From an uncultured Gemmatimonadales bacterium (lineage in GTDB: Bacteria > Gemmatimonadota > Gemmatimonadetes > Longimicrobiales > Gaopeijiaceae): 64,000 bases of DNA. Shown here one piece after another: positions 22,046 through 32,839 of this stretch. Each line of letters begins with the position of its first letter. Within the stretch, counting starts at the first letter, position 1. The stretch covers positions 1 through 64,000 of the forward strand of contig CAWGKG010000015.1 of assembly GCA_963823035.1 (NCBI GenBank). Direction: 5' to 3'. Position numbers and translations under genes: made by a program. The notes under the pieces are model-generated. The model made no database searches, had not been told where the DNA came from, and saw only the letters and a program-made list of their open reading frames with translations.

Positions 22046-23461
22046 ATGGGCACGCCGCGGGTCCTCGTCGCAGGGCTGAGCGGCGGAGGCGGCAAGACGC
22101 TCGTCTCCGTCGGATTGGCGGCCGCCTGGCGGGCGGGCGGACGGAGCGTCGTTCCCTTCAAGAAGGGACCGGACTACATCGACGCCGCCTGGCTGGGCCA
22201 GGCGGCCGGTGTCCCGTGTCGGAGCCTCGACCTCTTCCTGATGGCGCCGGAGGTCGTGGTGCGCTCGTTCGCCTCCGCCATGGTCGGAGCGGACGTGGCC
22301 GTCGTCGAGGGCAACCGCGGCCTCTACGACGGGATGGACGCGCGCGGCACCTTCAGCACGGCCGAGCTGTCGAAGCTGCTCGCCATGCCGGTGCTGCTCG
22401 TGGTGGACTGCACGAAGTGCACGCGGACGGCCGCGGCCCTCGTGCTGGGGTGCCAGCGGCTGGACCCGGCGGTGGACATCCGGGGCGTGGTCCTGAACCA
22501 GACCGCAGGCGCCCGTCACGAGACCGTGGTGCGCACCGCGATCGAGGACGCGTGCGGCATCCCGGTGGTCGGGGCGCTGCCCCGGCTACCCCGCCATCCC
22601 TTCCCCGAACGACACCTGGGGCTCGTGCCTCCCGCCGAGCACGGGCGCATCGGCGCCGCCGTCCAGGAGGCGGCGTCCATCGTCGAGCACCACGTCGACC
22701 TGGACGCCGTCTGGCGCATCGCATCGACCGCACCGACCAAGGGGGCCCCGACCTTCGTGCCGTACGCCCGGACCGTCTCGGGCCCCCAGACGGCCACGAT
22801 CGGCGTCTTCCGCGACGCAGCCTTCCAGTTCTACTACCCGGAGAACCTGGAAGCCTTGAAGCGGGCGGGCGCGCGGCTGGTCGAGATCACCCCGCTCGAG
22901 GACCCGCGGCTCCCCGAGGTGGACGCGCTGTACATCGGCGGTGGCTTCCCCGAGACCCTCGCCGCGACCCTCGCGGCCAACGTCTCCTTCCGGGAGTCCG
23001 TGCGCCTGGCGGTCGAAGACGGGCTCCCCGTATACGCGGAGTGCGGGGGCGCGGTCTACCTGGGTGAGAAGCTGGTGATGGGTCACCACCAGTACCCGAT
23101 GTCCGCGGCCGTGCCCGCGGTGTTCGGCTTCGGCGACAAGCCGCAGGGCCACGGCTATGTGGAGATCGAGACCGTGGGTGCCAACCCGTTCTATCGGGTC
23201 GGCGATGTCCTTCGCGGCCACGAGTTCCACTACACACTGCTGCGCTCGGTGATCGCGGAGAACGTCACCTTCGCCTTCCGCGTGCGCAGGGGCCACGGCT
23301 ACGACGGGCGCCGCGACGGCCTCACGTACAGGAACGTGCTCGCGTCCTACACGCACGTGCACGCGCTGGGCACCACCGGATGGGCGGAGTCGGTCGTCTC
23401 GGCCGCACGCAGCCGGAGGTGGCAGGGGGCCGTCGTCGACGGGCGAGGCTCCCATGCGTGA
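22046..23461 (+). CDS. dsrN: DsrN siroheme amidase (CbiA/CobB family)
   Basis: GGGGKT, FKKGPDYID, EGNRGLYDG, PERHLGL, FYYPEN, YAECGG, GHEFHY, SYTHVH. Confidence 0.93.
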   Translation: MGTPRVLVAGLSGGGGKTLVSVGLAAAWRAGGRSVVPFKKGPDYIDAAWLGQAAGVPCRSLDLFLMAPEVVVRSFASAMVGADVAVVEGNRGLYDGMDARGTFSTAELSKLLAMPVLLVVDCTKCTRTAAALVLGCQRLDPAVDIRGVVLNQTAGARHETVVRTAIEDACGIPVVGALPRLPRHPFPERHLGLVPPAEHGRIGAAVQEAASIVEHHVDLDAVWRIASTAPTKGAPTFVPYARTVSGPQTATIGVFRDAAFQFYYPENLEALKRAGARLVEITPLEDPRLPEVDALYIGGGFPETLAATLAANVSFRESVRLAVEDGLPVYAECGGAVYLGEKLVMGHHQYPMSAAVPAVFGFGDKPQGHGYVEIETVGANPFYRVGDVLRGHEFHYTLLRSVIAENVTFAFRVRRGHGYDGRRDGLTYRNVLASYTHVHALGTTGWAESVVSAARSRRWQGAVVDGRGSHA

Positions 23462-25393
23462 GGCCGCGGATCGCACGTCGTCGGCCGTCCTCCTGGTGGA
23501 CGCCGGTGCCCGTCGGGACGGACCGGAGGGGCTGGCGGCCGCCCTCCGGGCTACGCTCGGCGACGGGTGGGTCGTTCGCACCGCGACGCTCGACCCGGAC
23601 CCGCGAAGCACCACGGACCTGGAGGCCACGGTCGCGACGCTCGCCGCCGACGGCGCCGGCACCCTCGTGGTCGTGTCGACTTCGCCGCAGTTCGATCCGG
23701 GCGCGGGCGCCCGCGCGCTCGGAGCCGTGTACCGGGGCCTCGGGCGGACGACCGCTCCGATCACGCTCCGCACCCACCCGTGCTGGCACGACGACGCGGG
23801 GTACGTGAGCGCCCTGGCGCGCGGCGTCGCGGAGGTGGCCTCGGAGCATGGGTTGTCGCCCGCGGACACGCACCTACGGTTCGTCGCACCCCGCCCTGCG
23901 GGGGGCGATCCCTGGGTCGGCGCCTACCGCGCGCGTCTGCAGCGGACGATGGAGCTCGTGGCGGACCGCGTAGGCTGGCCGCTCCACGCGGCGTCGCTCG
24001 GGTTCGAGAGGGAGGTCGAAGCCCGCGACCCGGACGGACGCGTGCTCGTGTGCCCCCTCTCCCCCGTCGCCTGCCCCACCGCACGGCGGGAAGGGATCCA
24101 CGTCAGCCGTCCGTTGTGCGACTCGCCCGCCTTCGTCGCGGCCCTCAAGCGCCTCGTCCTGAAGGGCGCCCGACCGGTCCCACCGGGGAAACGCGCGCCC
24201 GAGCCGCTTCTGCGTGCGCACCGCAGCGGCCCGGGACGGTGCACCGCAGACCGACGGGGCGCGCCTGGTCCTCCTCGGCGCCTCGCTGCGCGGGGTGCTC
24301 GACGGCGGCGCGGGGCCGCGCGTCCGACACAGCGATCCGCACGCCTTCGCGCGCGTGAAGAAGTCCCACCAGGACGTCGGCGCCTTCCTCGAATGGATCC
24401 GGGAGGCGACCCCCGTTCGAGAGGCGTTGCTGTGGAACACCTGCCAGCGATCGGAGCTGTACGCCTGGCTCCCCTCGGCGTGGGATGCCGACGGGCGCGA
24501 CGCCCTCCTCGGCCGTCTGCGGCGCGTGCTGTTCGCGAACGAGCCGGAGGGCCTCGCCGTGACGGTCCTCGAGGGACCGCAGGCCCGCCACCACCTCCTG
24601 CGCACCGCCTGCGGACTCAACAGCGACCTCCCCGGAGACCGGGACGTCGCCGCCCAGCTCCTCGCCGCCCTCCGAAGGGCGGAGAGCGCCGGCACGGCCG
24701 CCACCAGGGCGATCGAGCTCGTCGAGGACGCCGTCGCGGTCGTCCGGGACGTGACCGCCGCGCACACCCTTCGGCGCCTTCTCGACCGGGTACTGCGCGG
24801 CGGCGCTCAGGCGGGTGTTCGAGGCCGACGGGCTCCTCCCCGCCTCGCTCCGGCACGTGACGATCGGCGGCTCGACCACCTCCCGTTCGGTGCTGGAGGC
24901 GCTGCGCTCCGACCACGACGTCCCCACCGCGCAGCTGACCGCGGTCTACCGTGACCACCACGGGCAGATGAAGCAGTTGCGCGCGGCGCTCGGCGGCGGA
25001 CGCCGACTACGCGTGCACAGCTACGCGGACGAGCGCGTCCTGCGTGCGGTGGCGGACGCCGACGTCGCGGTCTTCGGCATCGACCAGGCGGACCCCGTGA
25101 TGGACGGCGCCTCCCTCGCGGGACTGCGCGACTTCCGGAAACGACCGCTCACCGTGGTGGACTTCAACACGTACGGCTCCGTGGAGTCCTCCGCGACCCC
25201 GGCCGGTGTGCGGATCTGGTCGGCTGCGGAGATCGACGATGCCGTGGCGGCCCACGCGGCCATCACGACCACGCGCGCCGGCTTCGCCGTCGCGCTGGGG
25301 GAGGCGGAGGCGTGGATCGCACGACACGTCGCGCGTCGTGAAGAGGCCTCGGCGGCCCCCGAGGAGGCCGTACGACGCGGCGCCGGGGTGTGA
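23454..25393 (+). CDS. Putative fusion of a degenerate ferrochelatase (HemH)-like domain and a divergent glutamyl-tRNA reductase (HemA)-like domain; frameshifts near 24215 and 24770
   Basis: HemH-like: WHDDAGYVSALARGV, YRARLQRTMELVA, LCDSPAFVAALKRLV. HemA-like: WNTCQRSELY, HLLRTACGLNSDLPGDRDVAAQL, VTIGGS, LTVVDF. Confidence 0.6.
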
Positions 25394-25400
25394 GGCGCCC

Positions 25401-25775
25401 ATGTTGATCCTCATCGCCCACGGGAGCCGGGACGCACGATGGCGCGCGTCCGTGGAGGAGGTCGTCACGGCCCTGGAGGCCGATGTCGGCGCGGATGGGC
25501 CGCTTCTCGCCTACATGGACCACACCCCTCCCACGCTGATGGACGCAGCGACCGAAGCCGTGCGCGCGGGAGCGCGCCGCATCCAGGTGCTTCCCCTCTT
25601 CCTGGCCGACGAAGGGCACGTGGAGCGGGACGTCGCGCCGCGGGTGGCGGAGGTCCGCGCCGCCCTGCCGGGGGTGGAGGTGGAGCAGCTCGGGTCGCTG
25701 GGGCGCCACCCGGAGTTCCGGGCGGCGTTGGCGGCCATCGCCCGACGCACGAACAACAAGGAAGGCGAACCATGA
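25401..25775 (+). CDS. CbiX/SirB single-domain sirohydrochlorin chelatase
   Basis: LIAHGSR..AYMD..P..PLFL..GHV..D..LGRHP. Confidence 0.88.
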   Translation: MLILIAHGSRDARWRASVEEVVTALEADVGADGPLLAYMDHTPPTLMDAATEAVRAGARRIQVLPLFLADEGHVERDVAPRVAEVRAALPGVEVEQLGSLGRHPEFRAALAAIARRTNNKEGEP

Positions 25776-27298
25776 GCGCGGCTGAAGAGCCGGCACCCGC
25801 CAAGGCCTACCTGGTCGGGGCGGGACCCGGGGACCCGGGGCTGATCACGCTGCGCGGCGCCTCCTGCCTCCGGCGGGCCGACGTCGTGCTCTACGACTAC
25901 CTGGTCAACGCGGCGGCCCTCGAGCACGCGCGCCCCGGAGCGGTCCTCGTACCGCTGGGACGGAAGGGCACCAGCCGGTCGCTCACCCCCGACGAGATCA
26001 CCGAACGCATGGTCGCGGAAGCGTGCGCCGGACGGACCGTCGTGCGCCTCAAGGGCGGCGATCCGTCGATCTTCGGCCGGTGCGCGGACGAGACCGAAGC
26101 GCTCCGGTCCGCGGGCGTCCCCTTCGAGATCGTGCCGGGCATCACGACCGGGCTGGCGGTGGCGGCCTACTGCGAGATCCCGATCACGCAGCAGGAGGAC
26201 GCCTCCGCGGTGGCGTTCGTGACCGGGCGTGAGCGCGATGCCAAGGAGGAGTCGTGCCTCGACTGGAAGGCGCTCGCGGCCTTCCCGGGGACGCTCGTCC
26301 TGTACATGGGCGTGAAGCGCTCGGGGCTGTGGAGCCGGGCGCTCATCGAGCACGGCAAGCGCCCCGAGACCCCGGTCGCCGTGGTGCGCTGGTGCTCCCG
26401 CTCCGGGCAGGAGACCGTGCGCTGCACGCTCGCCACCGTCTCGGACGAGGTGGAGCGGCGCGGGCTGCGCCCTCCCGCCGTCTTCGTGGTGGGCGACGTG
26501 GTGGACCGCGCGCCCGAGCAGTCGTGGTTCGCCTCCCTCCCCCTCTTCGGCCGCCGGGTACTCGTCCCCGGCTCGCCCGCGACGTCGCGCAAGCTCCGCG
26601 AGCAGCTGGCGCGTCTGGGGGCCGAGGTCGTGCTGCAGCCCGCGATCCGCATCGCCGCGGCGCCCGACCCCGCGCCGATCGACGCAGCCCTCGACCACGT
26701 CGACGCCTACGACTGGATGGTGTTCTCCAGCGCCAACGGGGTCGATGCCCTCATGAACCGCATGCGCGCCCGCGGCGAGGACGCGCGCCGCCTCCACGGC
26801 GTCCGGCTCGCGGCGATCGGCACCGGCACGGCCGACCGCCTCGCGCACCATCACCTCGTGGCGGACATGGTCCCGCGGGCCTTCGTGGCCGAGGCACTGG
26901 CCAGCGCGCTGCTGAACGGAGGCGGCGCCCATCGTGTCCTCCTGGTGCGCGGCGATCGCGGACGCGGGACGCTCGAAGCGGCGCTCGAGGCCGGCGGCGC
27001 CCGGGTGGACCCGATCGTCGCCTACGAAAGCGCCGACGTGGCCGAGGCCGACCCCGACGTGGCCGCAGCGCTCGCGGCCGGGGAGATCGACTGGATCACC
27101 ATCACCAGCGGCGGAACCGCCCGGTCGCTGGCCCGCCTCTACGGCAACGCGCTCGCCACCGCCCGCTTCGCGAGCATCGGACCGATCGCGTCGGCCGCGC
27201 TGCGCGAGCTCGGCCGGGAGCCGGCCGCCGAGGCCGCGCCGCACACGACAGCCGCGCTCGTCCGCGCGATCCTGCGTGCCGAGCAGGCCGCCGGGTGA
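25772..27298 (+). CDS. cobA: Uroporphyrinogen-III C-methyltransferase / uroporphyrinogen-III synthase fusion (CobA-HemD)
   Basis: YLVGAGPGDPGLIT, VRLKGGDP, VPGIT, VLYMG; HemD half WMVFSSANGV, AAIG..TA, SIGP. Confidence 0.93.
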   Translation: MSAAEEPAPAKAYLVGAGPGDPGLITLRGASCLRRADVVLYDYLVNAAALEHARPGAVLVPLGRKGTSRSLTPDEITERMVAEACAGRTVVRLKGGDPSIFGRCADETEALRSAGVPFEIVPGITTGLAVAAYCEIPITQQEDASAVAFVTGRERDAKEESCLDWKALAAFPGTLVLYMGVKRSGLWSRALIEHGKRPETPVAVVRWCSRSGQETVRCTLATVSDEVERRGLRPPAVFVVGDVVDRAPEQSWFASLPLFGRRVLVPGSPATSRKLREQLARLGAEVVLQPAIRIAAAPDPAPIDAALDHVDAYDWMVFSSANGVDALMNRMRARGEDARRLHGVRLAAIGTGTADRLAHHHLVADMVPRAFVAEALASALLNGGGAHRVLLVRGDRGRGTLEAALEAGGARVDPIVAYESADVAEADPDVAAALAAGEIDWITITSGGTARSLARLYGNALATARFASIGPIASAALRELGREPAAEAAPHTTAALVRAILRAEQAAG

Positions 27299-27313
27299 AG
27301 GGGCGTGGCGCCG

Positions 27314-28008
27314 TCAGGTGGCAGGTACGCTCCTCCTCGAGCGCGGTCTGCCGTGAGGCGTGCAACGCTCGTTCGCCGCAGGGCGCCGTCCTCGTAGAGT
27401 TCGACCGCGCCGGGATCCTCCCGCAGGGCGGGGTGCGCGGCGAGGGCGTCCGCCCGCCCGACGCTCCCCAGGCACCACACCGCCAGCCCCCGCACCTGCG
27501 GATCGGCGTGGTCGAGCGCGGCCACCACCGCCGGGAGCACGTCTCCGGCGACCTCCGCGGCGGACGGGCCCATCCGGCCGATTCCCCAGAGGATCCCGGG
27601 CCTGAAGTGCTCCAGGTCCTCGTCCGCCGTCTCGAGGAGGAGGTGCGCGACGATCGGCGCGTACTCGCCGTAGGCGTCGGGCCGACGGGCGACGATCTCC
27701 GCCATCGCCTCCGGCGCACGCCAGCAGATGGCACCCGACTCCTCGGTGATGAGCCACATCAGGCGCCGCAGGAGCTCGCGCCCCGCCGACGGGTCGTCGG
27801 CTGCGAGCCGCTCGGCAACCGCCCCCAGCGCCTCTACGGCACGCCACCCGATCGTGGGGTCGGCGTCGTACGTGAGGGAGATCAGCAGTCCCAGGTTGCG
27901 CCTGCGCTCGACCGCCATCGTGGCGATTTCGGACAGGCGCCGCTCTTCCAGCAGGGCGCGCAACGCGCGCTTCGAGGAGGGCCCGCCCATGTCGGCCGGC
28001 GGCGGCAT
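27314..28008 (-). CDS. HEAT-repeat protein resembling the DVU0298-like family of sulfate reducers (ends approximate)
   Basis: LISLTYD..WRAVEALG..RELLRRLMWLITEESGAICWRAPEAMAEI..LWGIGR..VELYEDG. Confidence 0.75.
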
Positions 28009-28012
28009 CGCG

Positions 28013-29555
28013 TCACCCCGGGAGCCGTCGCCTGGTGGTGACCACATCGGTCAACGGCGCCGGCACCCGCGCGACGGGGAGCGACACCGTGAACGTCGTG
28101 CCCGCCCCCAATTCCGTCTCCACGCGGATGTCACCCCCGTGCTGCTCGATGATCCCCTTGGAGACGCTGAGCCCGAGCCCGGTTCCCTTGGCGTGCTTCT
28201 TCGTGCTGAAGAAGGGATCGAAGATGCTGTGCAGGTGCTGCTCCTGGATGCCCGCGCCCGTGTCCGCGAAGGCGATGTCCACGCAGTTCCCGTCCTCGGA
28301 CTTCTCCACGGTGATCGTCAGGGTTCCGCCCCCCGCCATGGCGTCCAGCGCGTTCAGCACCAGGTTCAGGAACACCTGAGTCAGCTGGTGGCGATCGCCG
28401 TAGACGGCGGGGACGTTCTCCTCCACCTCCCCCCGAACCTTCACCCTGGCGAGCCGCACCTGGTTGGCCGCGAGCTGGAGGGTGTCGCCGATCACCTCCT
28501 CCACCTCCAGCGGGGTCAGCTCCACGTCGCTCTCGCGCGCGAAGTCGAGGAGGTTGCGCACGATGTCCCGCGCGCGCTCGGACTCGCCGACCAGATCGCC
28601 CACCAGGTCGAGCTTCTCCGCGTCGTCCAGCTCCTCCCAGCTCTCGTCGAGCGCCGCGGCGGTGAGCATGAGGTTGTTGATCGGGTTGTTCAGCTCGTGG
28701 GCCACGCCGGCCGTCAGCGTGCCGATGGCCGTGAGCTTGTGCGACTGCACCAGGAGCTGCTGGCGGCGCACCAGCTCGTGCGTCATGTGGTTGATCGCGC
28801 TGGCCAGCTCCGAGAACTCGTCGTGATACTTGCGCCGCGGGGTGATCGGGGTGAGGTCCCCGTCGGCGATGCGCCGGGTGGCGAGGACGATGCGGCTGAG
28901 CGGGGCGAGCATCTGCCGGCGCACGAACGCGGCGAGGAGGACGATCATCACGACGAGCCCGACCAGGAACCCGAGCGCGATTCTCTGCGACATGACGCAG
29001 CATCGACTCCACGGATTGGCGCTCCTCGGTGGCGAGCGCCTCGGCCTCGCTCACCATCGCGCCTCCGTGCACGCGCAGCTCGGCCTCGATCTCCTGCATG
29101 CGCGCCGTGTCGCCCGCCACGTCCAGCGCCGGTAGCCCGGAGAGCAGGGTCTCGTAGCGGTGGACGCGCTCCCGCATCGCCTCCACGGACACCTCCCCGA
29201 TCACCGTGGCCATGCTGCGCCGCTCGCGGTCCAGGATGCGCTGCGCCTCCTGCACCTGGTCGAGCGCGTCGCCGAGGTTGGTGTGGTAGAGGAAGTAGTT
29301 CTTCTCGAAGCGGCGCGCCTGCTGGATCTCGAAGGTGTAGCGGTCCACGGCGTCGACCATGCGCAGCTTCGCCTGCACGCGGCCGATCAGGAGGGTGGAG
29401 ACGAAGGTCAGCCCCACGCTCACCACGAACCAGACGACGAGCCCCACCATCAGCCTCGTCCGGATGGTGAGGGCCGGCCGCCCGCGCAAAGCGCGCTCGG
29501 CCTCCTCGGACATGGTGTCGAGGGTGGCCGCGCCCACGTCCTCCGAGCCGTTCAT
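28013..29555 (-). CDS. Membrane sensor histidine kinase (2 TM, HAMP, HisKA, HATPase); frameshift near 28995
   Basis: ARRFEKNYFLY, GVAHELNNP, QVFLNLVLNA, DTGAGI, FDPFFSTK, GTGLGL. Confidence 0.92.
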
Positions 29556-29569
29556 GACCGCGCCACCGC

Positions 29570-29992
29570 CTAGAGCACCGCGTCGTGTCCCAGGGACAGG
29601 GCCGCCTTGTTGACCACCGCCCGCAGGTCCTGGGGCTTGAACGGCTTGGAGATGAAGTCGAAGGCGCCCTTCACCAGCGCCTCACGCGCCACCTCCACCG
29701 TGGCGTACCCGGTGATGAGAATCACACGCGTGCTCTCGCAGTGCTTCATGACGTGCTCGAGGATCTCGATGCCGTCCAACCCCTCCATGCGCAGGTCCGT
29801 GACGATGATGTCGAACGCCCTCTCGTCCAGACGCGCAAGCGCCTTCGCGGGATCCTCGAAGCACTCCACCAGGAAGCCTGACTTCTCCAGGACGGGCTTC
29901 AGACGCTTTCCGACGATCGGCTCGTCGTCGAGCACCATCACGCTCAGCGCCTCGCCGCGTACGCCACCGGATCCCTCCTCGCCGATGTTCAT
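29570..29992 (-). CDS. Stand-alone response-regulator receiver
   Basis: VLDDEPIV, IVTDLRM, LITGY, FISKPF; no output domain. Confidence 0.9.
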   Translation of the reverse strand: MNIGEEGSGGVRGEALSVMVLDDEPIVGKRLKPVLEKSGFLVECFEDPAKALARLDERAFDIIVTDLRMEGLDGIEILEHVMKHCESTRVILITGYATVEVAREALVKGAFDFISKPFKPQDLRAVVNKAALSLGHDAVL

Positions 29993-30175
29993 TCCCTCCC
30001 CCGTCTGTTTGCGTGAAGCCCGCTCCTTCCTCACCACCCGGAGCCTGTCGAGCGCGAGCCGGGTCTTGTGGTCGAGCTGCACGCCAGTGAGCTGGAAACC
30101 CTCGCGGGCGGCGTCGGCCTCGGCGAACGACACCCGCACCATCCAGTCCTCGATCTTCTTCTTCAGGTCACCCAC
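29989..30175 (-). CDS. Small hypothetical protein with an 'EDWMVRVSFAEA' motif (separate gene, or N-terminal extension of the receiver)
   Basis: GTG at 30175 with SD GAGGAGG; reads in frame into the receiver in this assembly. Confidence 0.55.
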
Positions 30176-30198
30176 GAACGTCCTCCTCGGGCAGGGGA

Positions 30199-31293
30199 TC
30201 AGCTCGGTGTGCGCGCCTCCATGAGGCGGTGATGCATCTTCAGCCTCTGCATGTAGGACTTCACGACGTGGAACAGGATCAGCCCGCAACCGGACAGACC
30301 CGCCGCGAAGAGCATGATCTTGCTCGCGGTGTTGCAGTAGCCGTCCCACATCGGATCGATGTCGATCCAACCGAGCTGGCGTAGGTAGGCGGGCACGGCC
30401 ACCGCACGGCTCACCACGCACAGGAGGATGATGACTCCCGTCGTGATGCGAATGAGGATCTCCTTCACGACCTTGGTGCCATAGACGCCAACGTAGATGC
30501 CGACCAGCGACCCGAGGTAGAGCAGCATCGTGAGGCGGATGTCCACGTAGCCCTGGAGCGCGTAGTTGATCGCGCCCCACCCGCCCATGAACATGGCGAG
30601 GTAGAGCTCCGTGCCCGCCGCCACCGCGGTGGGAACGCCGAAGATGTAGATCATCGCCGGGACCCCGATGAAGCCCCCCACGCCGATCGTGCCCGCCAGG
30701 TAGCCCGTGGCGAGGCCGACCGGCGCCAGCACCCACACCGACACCCGCACGTCGGCCGTCCGGAAACGGACGTAGGGAGGGAGGCGCATGCGCCCGAGCG
30801 CGTTGGCGATGCGCATGGACGGGCCGACGTCGCCGTCACCCCGGCTGCCGAAGGCGTCGCGCAGCATCGAGATGGCCACCGCGGAGAGGATGAACACGAA
30901 CACGGCGCTGATATACAGGTCCGCCGCGGCGGATCCCCCCGCCCCGTGGCCGTCTCCGCCGCCCTCGAAGAGGGCGCTGTTGATCCACACGGCGATGCGG
31001 ATGCCGATGAACGACGTGAAGATCAGGAAGACGCCCAGCTTCTTGTCGACGTTGCCCAGCTCGGCATGCTTGCGCGAGCCCACCATCGCCTTGCCGAACT
31101 TGTGCGTGATGTTGCTGGCCACCGCGACCACGCCGGGCACGCCCAGGTTCATCATCCCGGGTGTCATGAAGAACGCGCCGCCGCTGCCGATGAAGCCGGA
31201 GAGCACGCCCCCGACGATGCCGAGGAGCACGACCTGTACGGCGGCCGCGGCGTCGATGGCGATGAAGTGCGCATGCAGGAACGACGGTTCCAT
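30199..31293 (-). CDS. TauE/SafE-family sulfite/sulfur-compound transporter (1)
   Basis: SGFIGSGGAFFMTP, AVASN, GTIGVGGFIGVP, AAGTEL; multiple TM helices. Confidence 0.9.
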   Translation of the reverse strand: MEPSFLHAHFIAIDAAAAVQVVLLGIVGGVLSGFIGSGGAFFMTPGMMNLGVPGVVAVASNITHKFGKAMVGSRKHAELGNVDKKLGVFLIFTSFIGIRIAVWINSALFEGGGDGHGAGGSAAADLYISAVFVFILSAVAISMLRDAFGSRGDGDVGPSMRIANALGRMRLPPYVRFRTADVRVSVWVLAPVGLATGYLAGTIGVGGFIGVPAMIYIFGVPTAVAAGTELYLAMFMGGWGAINYALQGYVDIRLTMLLYLGSLVGIYVGVYGTKVVKEILIRITTGVIILLCVVSRAVAVPAYLRQLGWIDIDPMWDGYCNTASKIMLFAAGLSGCGLILFHVVKSYMQRLKMHHRLMEARTPS

Positions 31294-31319
31294 GAGGTTC
31301 TAGCGTCCGGATCGGGGGC

Positions 31320-32839
31320 TCATTCCATCTTGATCAGCTTCATGACCGAGCGCGCCACGCTCCCGTAGGCGAAGGCCACCAAGGGCACGAAGGCGAAAAT
31401 CACGCCGGCCACCACGTACCTCGACCTCGCGAGTGCCCCGCCACCCTCCCATCCCTCGAGCGTGAAGCGGAGCACGGCTTCCTGGTGGGTGAGCACCAGC
31501 ACGTACACCAGCGACGACGACGGCCAGGTAGCCGACGAGGGAGACCAGGTCGCCGCGCCCGAAGAGGTACTGCTTCCTCAGCTCGTCGGCCGTGACCACG
31601 GGGATGCGCATGCGGTCCGCAAGCGACTCGCGCAGCTCCCGCGTCATGCGAAGGCGCGCGCCGGGGTCCTTCTGCAGGAAGAGGTTGCCGAGCACCACCA
31701 GGGAGTGCGGCACCGTCCCGCAGCACGACGCCACCAGGCTCCGCCGCTCGCCGTGCACGTACCGTCCGCCTCCGGATTTCCCCACGCGGGCCAGCTCGTC
31801 CAGCGTGGTCCTCAGCCCACCGACATCGCGGGCCTCCGGCTCCGAGTCCTCCTCGATGCCGCCGACCGCGGGCCGCTGCGGTCGGGCCGGCCAGCGCGCC
31901 CACGTCGTCGGGAACGCCGTCACCTTCTCCCGCGGCGAACTGGACGAGCTCCACGGCCGCGTTCCACTTCTGGGCGATCTCCACCACCTCGCGGAAGGTC
32001 TCCGACGCGGGGTCGAACGCCTCCTGCACCCAGAGGATCGTGGTGGCGGCCATCGTGGAACGGAGCTCGCGCATGCACTCGAGCCCCTCCAGCACGCGCG
32101 GGATGTCGGCGGCGACCGTCGCGTCGTGCGGGAGGTAGGTCACCGTGACCAATCCGTCGTGCGCACCCACCGAGAAACCGCAAACCGCGGTGCGGGGATC
32201 GCGCGCGAGCCGGAGGCGCGCGTTCGCGCTGAGACGCAGGTCCTCCATCGCGCGGGTCGACGCCGGCGTCGGCTGGAAGTCGGGGAGCTGCGACATCCCC
32301 ACCAACGCCGAAGCGGCGTTCTCGACGTTCATGCGCTCGACGTTCAGGACGACGTCGTACTGGGAGGCGTCCTCCCAGGAGACCCCATACATCGAGCGGA
32401 CCCAGTTGCGGCGGTCCTCTTCCACGTCCGCCAGGTAGCGGACCGCCTTCGAACGCTCGATCCCGAGGCTCTTCATCGTGGCCCGGACGCGGTACTCCTC
32501 GTCCGCCACGACCCGCACGCGCATGACGTGGGCGATGTTGCGCAGGAGGAGGTGCCCCGTACGCCCGTGGTAGACGAGCGGACCCTCGCGGAGGCGGTCG
32601 CACAGGTAGGCCGTGCTGAACGCCAGGTAGTGGTCGCGCTCGCGCCCCAGCCGCTCGGTGAAGGAGCGGGGCTTCATCATGCTGGTCTCGAGCTTCCCGA
32701 CCTGGATCCCGGCTCCGACGGCCGCCTCGATGAGGTCCTCGCGGCTCACCACCGGGTAGCCCAGCTTCGCGGCCAGCGCCTCGGCCAGCTCGCGCCCACG
32801 CGAGAGCGATCCCCGGGACACACAGATGATCTGCGTCAC
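31320..32839 (-). CDS. Cytidylate-kinase-like protein with a USP-like middle region and C-terminal TM hairpin (frameshifts near 31900 and 31510)
   Basis: IICVSRGSLSRG..LVYHGRTGHLLL..YDVVLN; C-terminus VYVLVLTHQE..FVPLVAFAYG..LIKME. Confidence 0.7.
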
